The notes beneath the pieces are model-generated. The model did no database searches. It saw only the letters and a program-made list of their open reading frames with translations, and was not told the origin of the DNA. Below are positions 50,391-61,476 of a stretch of DNA of 64,000 nucleotides, one piece after another. The stretch spans positions 42,160,001-42,224,000 of the forward strand of contig CM059427.1 of assembly GCA_030390025.1 (NCBI GenBank), given 5' to 3'. The translations under genes were made by a program, and so were the position numbers. The first letter of the stretch is position 1, and the number at the start of each line of letters is the position of its first letter. Source of the stretch: Squalus acanthias. Lineage: Eukaryota.

Positions 50391-51754
50391 ATGAATTAGT
50401 ATGTAATGCTGAGAAGAGACTGACCTTGCACAACAGCAGGTAATTATCTAGATTATACAAGAAACATCTTTTTGAAAATTAAAAATGTAAGAGAGTTGGC
50501 ATGGTGCAACTTAATCTGCTTTTGGCCAAGCCCATTTACCATAATCTTGACTATTCCTACTACACCCCACCAAAAATCAATACCACCGCTAACAATATTT
50601 CAACTCCCTCCAAGGCAAGGACAAGTCATCCTTTTAACAAAAGTAAGAAAAGAAATATCCAGCTTAGTTACAAAATACAGGAGAAGGACCAAATCAAATC
50701 TGCACTGGTTCACTCATTCCACTGCTTGGCTACACCCACTGATACCTACAAGCAGGTAATGCTTTAAGAAATGTTTCACTTAATTAAGAGTGCGCATTTT
50801 GGTGGCAACACTGCAACCGTGTTAAATTCTTCGTCATGATTCTAAAATAATTGCGCCTGCATGCTTTTGTGAATTCACAGTCGCTTCCAGACCATGTTTC
50901 GAATTTTAGGGTAAAGTCAGTGATCCCATGCTCTAAGTGGAGAGCCACACTCAAAAGGAACAAGGGCAAGAAAACAGGCATGATGGTAGCCCTATCTCCA
51001 ATTTGTGCTCCCCACAACCATGATTCACTCACGGGAGTCCAGAATCAGTTGAATTTATCTTTTTATTTCTAGCTGTGGACCTTCACCAAGATCAGAAAGT
51101 TTCATGTAAGCCAGCAATGTACAGACCACGTTTGGTGGCTTCAACCCACTCTCGGTCAGAACAAAATGGGAGCCCGCAGCATCCAGCACTCGGGCCTCAC
51201 TATTAATGGTAACTACTACCTCTATGTCATCTTCAAATATTTAGATTTTCTTTACTGTTTTATTTATTTTGGGTTGAATTCCATTGAATCTTTCTCCTTT
51301 AAAAAGAATTTAAGCACTTTCCTCAAGAATATCTAAACATTTCAAAACATAAATCTGTTCCTTCGGACAGGTATTACAAAGGTTGCACCAACTCAGTAAC
51401 CCATCTCAGAGAAAACTGAATCAATGTCCAGTAACAATAAAACAACTTCACAACCAAACAGTGGCTTCACTCACCATGGAATCTAAAAAGTAATATAACA
51501 TTTTAATGAGATTTTGTTCTGATGAAGTAATCTTAACTGACTGAATAGTGCCTGTCATATTCATTTGAGATAGAGAGAGAGACAACAAAATGTCATTGAT
51601 AATCTTTACTTACTCCAGATATTGGGCAAATGACAAATGCTTTAATCCCTAAAAGTCTGGATTAAACTAAAATGAATTATTACTAGTTCTGATTTTATTG
51701 TGCAGTAGTTTGAAAATAATAAAAAGCATAGACCTCCAAGTAGTGTTACCTTAC

Positions 51755-52271
51755 CTTCCAACCCAGTCAACAGCCAGGCCCTCTGCACCTGGTAGATCAT
51801 GGTTAATGACAGTCTCCTTTTTGGTCCCATTCAGGAACATTCGCTCAATAATTTTTCGGCCCAAGTCAATCCAGTACAACCTTTGCTCGACTCTGTCAAA
51901 GTCCAATGCCACCACATTGATCAACCCTTGTTGAACAAGAGTGTAAAATACCCCATCAACAGAGAGATTACGTATGTAGTAGCGATTACTGAAGAGGAGA
52001 TAAGGGGTAATATTGCTGTTTTGGCGACAACTTTTTCCGTCAGGTTCCCGAAGATGTCCTGGGGCACATTTGCAGATATAGGAACCCTCTGTGTTTTCAC
52101 AAATCTGGCTGCAAACACTTGGTGTTACATTGCATTCATCAAGGTCTTCACAAGTCTGTCCATCATCCATGAGATGGTAGCCAGGGTGACAAGAGCAGAA
52201 GAAACTGGTCAATGTGTTGGTGCAACTGTGTGTACAGTGATTGAGTGCAGGATCACTGCATTCGTCAACAC
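51755..52271 (-). CDS. LRP2: LRP2 exon (~50), EGF repeats and start of YWTD propeller
   Basis: 517 nt, CAG/GTAAG; [17 protein letters not shown]...[15 protein letters not shown]...[11 protein letters not shown]. Confidence 0.95.
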
Positions 52272-52419
52272 CTGTCGCAACATAATAAGAAAAGGCAAAA
52301 TTAACCATGTCACGAGTCACAGGCCAAATGGCTTATTACACGTATTTACTGTTCTTATGAAACAGAGGAGCAAACAAAATTCAAAGGTAAATGTTACTTT
52401 AGTTATGAGGAGAGACGAG

Positions 52420-52800
52420 AGAAACTGATGTTCTTTTCATTTGAAGAAAGAAGGTTAAAAGGAGTTCTGGTAAAAGTGTTCAAATTTATGGGGGGCTAGA
52501 TAGGTAAATCAGGAAAAACTATGTCCACTGCTTGGTGAGTAGATATCCAGAGGGCATAAGTTTAAGATCATCACCAAAAAAATGAAGAGGTTAGGAGGAT
52601 TTTTTTTTCCCCACACAGAAGGTTGTTAGGACACATTGAGGGAAGCAGAATCCATAATAGCTTTTTAGATGGAAGTGGATAAATATTTGTAAATGGGAAA
52701 AGGGCAGGGACTGAGACTAAGTGGATTACTCTTTCAGAGAGATGGTACTGGCACAATGGGATGGATGGCTGTGCTGTAAAATACCACGTATTTCCATGGT
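52420..52800 (+). mobile_element. Old CR1 3' fragment
   Basis: Degenerate FSFEERRLKG..., RGHKFKI, FFPTQKVV motifs. Confidence 0.65.
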
Positions 52801-53264
52801 TTCTGGTCTGTATTGCTTTGATATGTAGTACATTTTCCTGTTTGTGGGACTTTGAGAGAAAAATGACTACTACGTTCACCAATATAACAACATTTCAGTA
52901 ATTTATTCTACGTGAAATGCTTTGGAATGTTCCGAGAGGTGTGGTAAGACACTATAAATGCTTTGTTCCCCTTTCTCTCTGTTACATTTTGCCCCTTCAT
53001 GGACATATGCGTTCTCCATTTCTGTCTGTCTGCCTCTTCCTCTCTCGCTTTTTTGTCGGCCTTCTTTTTCATAGACTTTTTCTCTCTTTTCTAACCCCTC
53101 TTCCAATCAGCCAACACAAAGAAAAGATGCTTGCAGTGTTTCAATTCTTGGTAGCCATCTCTTCCTATATTGTTACCCAACATATGTTGTACTGGTGTGC
53201 AAGTTGTTCCCAGCAAACTGTCTAGTATTATACTTCAGCTGTGCACATATAGCCTGATCTTTTG

Positions 53265-53520
53265 TAGGGAATTCAGAAGAAATTTGTTTACCCAGAGAGT
53301 GGTGAGAATGTGGAACTCGCTGCCACAGGGAGTGGCTGAAGCGAATAGTATAGATGCAGTTAAGGGGAGGCTAGATATGCATATGAGGGAGAAGAGACTA
53401 GAGGGTTATGTTGATAGAGTTAGATGAGGAAAGACAGGAGGAGGTTCGAGTGGAGCATAAACGGACTGGTTGGGCCGAATGGCCTGTTTCTGTGCTATAT
53501 CTCCTATGTAATCCTATGTA
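53265..53520 (+). mobile_element. CR1 3' fragment (same subfamily as 29400-29795)
   Basis: REFRRNLFTQRVVRMWNSLPQG and 3' tail. Confidence 0.85.
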
Positions 53521-53999
53521 GATTTGTAAAATTGCCAACATACTTGGGAAAGATATAGTACTATAATTTACTCCAAAATTAAAATCACTTCTGTGAGGAG
53601 CCTGCCACTCAAACAAATCTAATAATCGAAAAGTGCATAAAATGAATTATTCTTACTTATTAAATTAAATTTGCACCTAAAAAATGAAGTAGGTTACACA
53701 AAAGCCCCGATTTTAAGTCTGGTGGGGATTTTTTCATTTTCTTTGAACACTTTTGTTTATTAGTTATAAAAATATTGGAGATGGGGAAAAAGGCTGTTTG
53801 ACTGGGCGGGGCAGTCAGAGGCAGGAGGTCATGTGATTATACCTCGAAGAATATGTCCCACCAGATTTGGCAACCCTAGAAGAGACTAGGAACAAAGGAA
53901 TGTACAGGATTGGAAAAGTCCATTGCAGTTCATCTGGCCAGCTCCAGGGAAAAGGATAAATATTTAAAACATCTTAAAATAAAATAATGGCTTACATGG

Positions 54000-54365
54000 C
54001 TTAGCTGTAGAGACCAAGAAGCTTTCAGATTCAAGCGCTAGTCGATACTGAACTAGCTGATCTTAGCTGGGGTGGAGTTGGGACTAGGGTGTTCTAATTG
54101 GAGTAATTGTCCTGAGGTATGGAAAGAAAAATCAGCCAAGCTTTCTGTTTCTGATCAATATCTAGCAGCCTTCTGCTAGAAATGTGTACATTGGGCAAGG
54201 ATAGGATGAAGCTTGGTTACGATGTCAGCCAAGGTAGGATAGCCCACAGACACTTCAAAGGTGAAGAGTGACCACGTGAATGTGTGACTAGCACCTGTGG
54301 CATGATGTGGCATCATACCCTAGCAAGGAGAGGAAGGGAGAGAAGTGGAGACAATTGGCAAGAAA
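54000..54365 (+). mobile_element. Old unclassified SINE-like repeat
   Basis: B-box-like AGATTCAAGC near 54028; diverged inverse copy at 24110-24330. Confidence 0.4.
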
Positions 54366-54743
54366 AAAGCTAATAGGGGCAATTTCAACAGACATCTGAG
54401 AATGAAACATTCCCAAGTTTAGGTGCTTCACTTCATCAGCTCCAGTCCAATCCACTGAGATGACTGGCCTCAGCCTCTGTTTACACATCAACTTCAGCAC
54501 TGCAGTGCAGTGGAAGACACTTTGCTATGACACTAAAGCTGGTATGTAAATACACCCTAAAAGAATCAACAGTACTTTCAGTTCACTCATTCTTATTATT
54601 ATAGATGTGACAAAATGTGAAAGCTGTTTGTATTTTGTATATGCTACTATTTTTTTTTACAAAATATATTGGGTGATACAGTTGGTTACCCTACAGCCCT
54701 TTCACCACTTGGACAATTCCAGACTCATCCTTCATGCTGATGA

Positions 54744-54975
54744 AAGTGAGAAGTCGCACAACACCAGGTTATAGTCCAACAGTTTTATTTGAAATCACAA
54801 GCTTTCGGAGCTGCTGCTCCTTCGTCAGGTGAAGGTCAGGTCAGACTTCACCTGACGAAGGAGCAGCCGCTCCGAAAGCTTGTGATTTCAAATAAAACTG
54901 TTGGACTATAACCTGGTGTTGTGCGACTTCTCACTTTTGTCCACCCCAGTCCAACACCGGCATCTCCGCATCACA
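54744..54975. mobile_element. Penelope-like element remnant (inverted pLTR hairpin)
   Basis: 92-bp arms 54743-54834 / 54846-54937 with one mismatch, unpaired tail, 13-bp TSD TTCATGCTGATGA (54731-54743 and 54976-54988). Confidence 0.8.
54848..54885 (+). ncRNA. Minimal type I hammerhead ribozyme motif (mirror copy on the minus strand at ~54795-54832)
   Basis: TCAC-CTGACGA-A-GGAGC-agcc-GCTCC-GAAA-GCTT-GTGA: core boxes, stem II, palindromic stem III, stem I. Confidence 0.7.
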
Positions 54976-55035
54976 TTCATGCTGATGAGCAGCAGGTTCA
55001 CAAATCAAAAAAAGTTCTTAAAACTGAATACATAC

Positions 55036-55331
55036 CACATGTTTTCTCATCGCTATTATCAGAACAATCATCCACTTGGTTGCACACCTTGCCACTTTCA
55101 ATACAACCTCCATTGTCACATTTGAAATGCTGTGGAGGGCATGTTGGCTCAGAGGTGAGACATTGGTGTTCCATCTCATCAGATCTATCTCCACAGTCGT
55201 TATCACCATCACAGACCCATAACTGTGAAATGCAGCGGCCATTCTGACATGTAAACTGGTGCTGGGCACAAGGCTGGTACGTACATCTTCGTTCATCACT
55301 ACCATCACCACAGTCATTACGTCGGTCACAT
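55036..55331 (-). CDS. LRP2: LRP2/megalin internal exon (~human exon 49), LDL-A repeats
   Basis: CAG/GT-bounded 296 nt; [34 protein letters not shown]...[16 protein letters not shown]. Confidence 0.95.
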
Positions 55332-57383
55332 CTGTGGTAAAAGTCAGACATTGAATATTGAAAATGTCATAACTGTAATGATGCTGCTGAATTATTTTTG
55401 GTCAGAGTCAGCAAGTGCATCATTGAATGTGTGCATTCATACTCCACCCTCCTTTGAACCTCAGCTGTAACACTCAATTTCGCTGCAGCCCAACAGACAC
55501 ACAAGACATTGAATTTCAATAGCAAAAGGATAGAGTCAAGTCAAATGAGGTTATATTTTCTTATACAAGGCATTGGTCAGATTCCACCTGGAATGCATTG
55601 CTTAGTTCTGGTCACCTAATCATCTGAAGGATATCATAGAATGGTTACAGTACAGGAGGCCGCCACTTGGCTCGTTGAGCCCGTGCCAGCTCTCTGCAAG
55701 AGCATTTCAGCCAGTCCCACTCCCCCGCGCTTTCCCCGTAGCCCTGCAAACTTTTTTCCTTCAGGTACTTATCCAATTCCCTTTTGAAAGCCACAATTGA
55801 ATCTGCCTCCACCACCCTTTCAGGCAGTGCATTCCAGATCCGAACCACTCGCTGCGTAAAAAAGTTTTTCCTCATGTCGTCTTTGGTTCTTTTGCCAATC
55901 ACCTTAAATCTGTGTCCTCTGGTTCTCGACCATTCCGCCATGGGAACAGTTTCTCTCTATCTACTCTGTCTAGCCCCCTCATGATTTTGAGCACCTTTAT
56001 CAAATCTCCTCTCAACCTGCTCTGCTCTAAGGAGAACAACCCCAGCTTCTCCAGTCTATCCACGTAACTGAAGTCCCTCATCCCTGGAACCATTCTTGTA
56101 AATCTTTTCTGCACACTAGCTAAGGCCTTCGCATCCTTGCTAAAGTGCGGTGCCCAGAATTGGACAATACTCCAGTTGAGGCCAAACCAGTGTTTTATAA
56201 AGGTTCATCATAACTTCCTTGCTTTTGTACTCTATACCTCTATTTATGAAGCCCAGGATCCCGTATGCTTTCTTAACCAGTTTCTCAACCTGCCCTGCCA
56301 CCTTCAACGATATACCCGCAGGTCTCTCTGATCATGCACCCCCTTAAGAATTGTACCCTTTAGTTTATATTGCCGCTCCTCGTTCTTCCTACCAAAATGT
56401 ATCACTTCGCACTTTTCTGTGTTAAATTTCATCTGCCACGTGTCCGCCCATTCCACCAGCCTGTCTATGTACTCTTGAAGTCTATCACTATCCTCCTCAC
56501 TCTTCACTATACTTCCAAGTTTTGTGTCATCTGCAAATTTTGAAATTGTGCCCTGTACAACCCAGTCTAAGTCATTAATATATATCAAGAAAAGCTGTGG
56601 TCCTAGTACCAATCCCTGGGGAACACCACTGTATACCTTCCTCCAATCCGAAAATCAACCGTTCACCATTACTCTCTGTTTCCTGTCACTTAGCCAATTT
56701 TGTATCCATGCTGCCACTGTCCCTTTTATTCCATGTACTTTAACTTTGCTGGCAAGCCTATTATGTGGCACTTTATCAAAGGCCTTTTGGAAGTCCATGT
56801 ACACATCAACCGCATTGCCCTCATCAACCCTCTGTTACCTCATCAAAAAACTCGATTAAGTTAGTTAAACACGATTTGCCTTCAACAAATCCATGCTGGC
56901 TTTCCTAATAAATCCAAACTTATCCAAGTGACTGTTAATTTTGATCCGGATTATCGTTTCTAAAAGCTTCCCCACTACCGAGGTTAAACTGACTGGCCTG
57001 TAGTTGCTGGGTTTATCCTTACACCCTTTTTTGAACAAGGGTGTAACATTTGCAATTCTCCAGTCCTCTGGCACCACCCCCGTATCCAAGGAGGATTGGA
57101 AGATTATGGCCAGTACCTCCGCAATTTCCACCTTTACTTCCCTCAGCATCCTAGGATGCACCCCATCCAGTTCCAATGACTTATCTACTTTAAGTACAGC
57201 CAGCCTTTCTAGTACCTCCTCTTTATCAATTTTTATCCCATCCAGTATCTCAACTAACTCCTCTTTCACTATGACTTTGGCAGCATCTTCTTCCTTGGTA
57301 AAGACAGATGAAAAGTATTCATTTAGTACCTCAGCCATGCCCTCTCCCTCCATGTATAGGTCTCCATTTTGGTCCCTAATTAG

Positions 57384-60300
57384 CATAGAAGCATAGAAGA
57401 TAGGAGCAGGAGTAGGCCATTCGGCCCCTCGAGCCTGCTCCGCCATTTAATGAGATCATGGCTGATCATTCAAATTCAGTACCCTGTCCCTGCCTTCTCC
57501 CCATATCCCTTTAGCCTTAAGAAATATATCTATCTCCTTCTTGAATATATTTAATGAATTGGCCTCAACTGCCTTCTGTGGTAGAGAATTCCACAGGTTC
57601 ACCACTCTCTGGGTGAAGAAATTCCTCCTCATCTCAGTCCTAAATGGCTTACCCCTTATCCTTAGACTGTGACCTATGGTTCTGGACTCCCCCGCCATCG
57701 GGAACATCCTTCCTGCATCTAGCCTGTCTAGTCCTGTTAGAATTTTATAAGTTTCAATGAGATCCCCTCTCATTCTTCTAAACTCTAGCGAATATAAGCC
57801 TAATCGACCCAATCTCTCTTCATACGTCATTCCTGCCATCCCAGGTATCAGTCTGGTAAATCTTCGCTGCACTCCCTCCATGGCAACAACATCCTTCCTC
57901 AGATAAGGTGACCAAAACTGCACACAATACTCAAGGTGTGGTCTCCCACCAAGGCCTTTTACAACTGCAGCAAGACATCCTTGCTCCTGTACTCGAATCC
58001 TCTAGCTATGAAGGCCAACATACCATTTGCCTTCTTAACCGCCTGCTGCACCTGCATGCTTACCTTCAGCAACTGGTGCACAAGGACTCCCAGATCTCGT
58101 TCCACTTCCCCTTTTCCCAATCTATTGCCGTTCAGATAATAATCTGTCTTCCTGTTTTTGCCACCAAAGTGGATAACCTCGCATTTATCCACATTATACT
58201 GCATCTGCCATGCATCTGCCCAATCACCCAACCTGTCCAAATCATACTGGAGCTTCTCTGCATCCTCCTCACAGCACAAACGCCCACCCAGCTTTGTGTC
58301 GTCTGCAAACTTGGAGATATTACATCTAGTCCCCTCGTCTAGATCATTAATATATATTGTGAATAGCTGGGGTCCTAGCACGATCCCTGCGGTACCCCAC
58401 TAGTCACTGCCTGCCACTCGGAAAAAGACCCGTTTATTCCAACTCTTTGCTTCCTGTCTGCCAACCAGTTCTCTATCCAAATCAGTACCTTACCCCCAAT
58501 CCCATGTGCTTTAACTTTGCACGCTAATCTCTTATGCGGGCCCTTATCAAAAGCCTTCTGAAAGTCCAAATACACCACATCCACTGTTTCTCCCTTATCT
58601 ATCCTACCAGTTACATCCTCAAAAAATTCCAGTAGATTAGTCAGGCATGATTTCCCTTTTGTAAATCCATGTTGACTTTGTCCGATCCTGTCACTGTTTT
58701 CCAAGTGCTCTGCTATTACATCTTTTATAATGGACTCCAGCATTTTCCCCACTACCGATGTCAGGCTTACCGGTCTATAATTCCCTGTTTTTTCTCTACC
58801 ACCTTTTTTAAATAGTGGGGTAACATTAGCTACCCTCCAATCCATGGGAACTGTTCCAGAGTCGATAGAATTTTGAAAGATGACCAGCAATGCATCGACT
58901 ATTTCTAGGGCCACTTCCTTAAGTACCCTAGGATGTAGATTATCAGGCCCTGGGGATTTATCGGCCTTCAATCCCATCAATTTCCCCAACACCATTTCCC
59001 TACAAATACTGATTTCATTCAGTTCCTCCCTCTCATTAGACCCTATGTTCCCCGACATCTCTGGGAGTTTATTTGTGTCCTCCTTTGCAAAGACAGAACC
59101 AAAGTATGTATTTAATTGGTCTGCCATTTCTTTGTTCCCCATTATAAATTCCCCTGATTCTGACTGCAAGGGACCTATGCTTGACTTCACCAAACTTTTT
59201 CTCTTCACATATCTATAGAAGCTTTTACAGTCAGTTTTTATGTTCCCTGCAAGCTTACTCTCATATTCTATTTTCCCCCTCTTAATTAATCCCTTTGACC
59301 TCCTTTGCTGAATCCTAAACTGCTCCCAATCCTCAGGTTTGCTGCTTTTTCTGGCCAATTTATATGTCCTCCACTTGGATCTTATGCTATCCCTAATTTC
59401 CCTTGTTAGCCACGGTTGAATCACCTTTTTTGTTTTATTTTTATGCCAAACAGGGATGAACAAACTCTGTCGTTCATCCATGCGATCTTTAAATGTTTGC
59501 CATTGCCTATCCACCCTCAACCCTTTAAGTAGTGCTCCCCAATCTATCCTAGCCAATTCGCACCTCATACCATCGTAGTTTCCTTTATTTAAATTCAGGA
59601 CCCTAGTCTCCGAGTCAACTACTTCACTCTCCATCTTAATGAAGAATTCTATCATATTATGATCGCTCCTCCCCAAGGGGCCTCGCACAACAAGATTGCT
59701 AATTAATCCTTTCTCATTACATAATACCCAGTCTCAGATGGCCTGATCTCTAGTTGGTTCTTCGACATATTGGTCCAGGAAACCATCCCGTATACACTCT
59801 AGGAATTCCTCCTCCACAGTATTGTTAATAATTTGGTTAGCCCAATCCTGATGTAGATTAAAGTCACCCATAATAACTGCTGTACTCTTATCGCATGCGT
59901 CTCTAATTTCCCGTTTAATGCCATCCCCAACCTCAGCATTACTGTTTGGGGGTCTGTATACAACTCCCACTAACATTTTCTGCCCCATGGTATTTCTCAG
60001 CTCTACCCATACAGATTCCACATCATCAGAGCTAATATCCTTCCTTACTATTGTGTTAATCTCCTCTTTAACCAGCAATGCTACCCCATCTCCTTTTCCT
60101 TTTTGTCTGTCCTTCCTGAATATTGAATACCCCTGGATGTTGAATTCCCAGCCTTGGTCACCCTGGAGCCATGTCTCCGTAATCCCAATTATATCATATC
60201 CGTTTACATCTATTTGCGCAGCTAATTCATCCACCTTATTACGAATGCTCCTCGCATTAAGACACAAAGCCTTCAGGCTTGTTTTTTTAACACTCTTAGT

Positions 60301-61476
60301 CCTTTTAGAATTATTATTTAATGTAGCCCTGTTTGATTTACACCCTTGATTTCTCTGCCTTCCACTTTTGCTTTTCTCCTTCCTGTCTTTTGCTTCTATC
60401 CTTGTTTCCCTTTCCTCTGTTTCCCTGCACAGGTTCCCAACCCCCTGCCATTTTAGTTTAAATCCTCCCCAACAGCACGAGCAAACACTCCCCCTAGGAC
60501 ATCGGTCCCGGTCCTGCCCAGGTGCAAACCGTCCAGTTTGTACTGGTCCCACCTCCCCCAGAACCGGTTCCAATATCCCAGGAATTTGAATCCCTCCCCC
60601 TTGCACCATTCCTCTAGCCACATATTCATCTGAAATATCCTTCTATTTCTACTCTGACTAGCACGTGGCACTGGTAGCAATCCTGTGATTACTACCTTTG
60701 AGGTCCTATTTTTAAATTTACCTCCTAACTCCCTATATTCAGCTTTTAGGACCTCATCCCGTTTTTTACCTATATCGTTGGTACCTATATGCACCACGAC
60801 AACTGGCTGTTCACCCTCCCCCTCCAGAATGCCCTGTAGCCACTCCGAGACATCCTTGACCCTTGCACCAGCGAAGCAACATACCATCCTGGAGTCTTGT
60901 TTGCGGCTGCAGAAACGCCTATCTATTCCCCTTACAATAGAATCCCCTATCACTATAGCTCTCCCGCTCTTTTTCCTCCCGTCCTGTGCAGCAGAACCAC
61001 CCATGGTGCCAGGAAGTTGGCTGCTGCTGCCTTCCCCCGATAAGCCATCTCCCTCAACAATATCCAAAGTGGTATATCTGTTTGAGAGGGGGATGTCCAC
61101 AGGGGACCCCTGCACTACCTGCCTGCACCTACTACTCTGCCTGGTGGTCACCCATTCCCTTTCTGCCTGTGCAGCCTTTACCTGCGGTGTGACCAACACC
61201 CTAAACGTGCTATCCACGATGTCCTCAGCATCGCGAATGCTCCAGTATGCATCCATTCGCAGCTCCAGCACCGCAATGCGGTCTGCCAGTTGCTGCAGCT
61301 GGATACACTTCCCGCACTCATGGTCAACAGGGACACAGGAAGTGTCCCTGATTTCCCACATAGTGCAGGAGGAGCATGCCACGGGGCTGAGCTGTGCTGC
61401 CATGACTTACCCTTTAATTAATTTAAATTAACTCAAGTCAATACCACAAATTACACTACAATTAAATGATATACTT
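57384..61476 (-). mobile_element. Young near-full-length CR1 LINE nested in an older CR1
   Basis: Intact ORF1, ORF2 in frameshifted pieces (59734-60621, 58375-59688, 57959-58381, 57456-57923), 3' tail at 57384. Confidence 0.95.
60453..61403 (-). CDS. CR1 ORF1p: Cys4 zinc finger/coiled coil plus SGNH esterase, uninterrupted 316 aa
   Basis: CSSC..CGKC, heptad leucines, GDSIVR, HIGTND, DGLH motifs. Confidence 0.85.
   Translation of the reverse strand: MAAQLSPVACSSCTMWEIRDTSCVPVDHECGKCIQLQQLADRIAVLELRMDAYWSIRDAEDIVDSTFRVLVTPQVKAAQAEREWVTTRQSSRCRQVVQGSPVDIPLSNRYTTLDIVEGDGLSGEGSSSQLPGTMGGSAAQDGRKKSGRAIVIGDSIVRGIDRRFCSRKQDSRMVCCFAGARVKDVSEWLQGILEGEGEQPVVVVHIGTNDIGKKRDEVLKAEYRELGGKFKNRTSKVVITGLLPVPRASQSRNRRIFQMNMWLEEWCKGEGFKFLGYWNRFWGRWDQYKLDGLHLGRTGTDVLGGVFARAVGEDLN

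Noticed and set aside
51799-52428. 209-aa plus-strand ORF
   Set aside because: Antisense shadow of the 517-nt LRP2 exon
54743-54937. Long hairpin as a miRNA precursor or CRISPR-like structure
   Set aside because: TSD, unpaired tail and hammerhead core fit a Penelope-derived insertion; there is no repeat-spacer array anywhere in the window
2033-55331. Alternative identity as LRP1 or LRP1B
   Set aside because: Megalin-specific sequences ([33 protein letters not shown]) and module order fit LRP2
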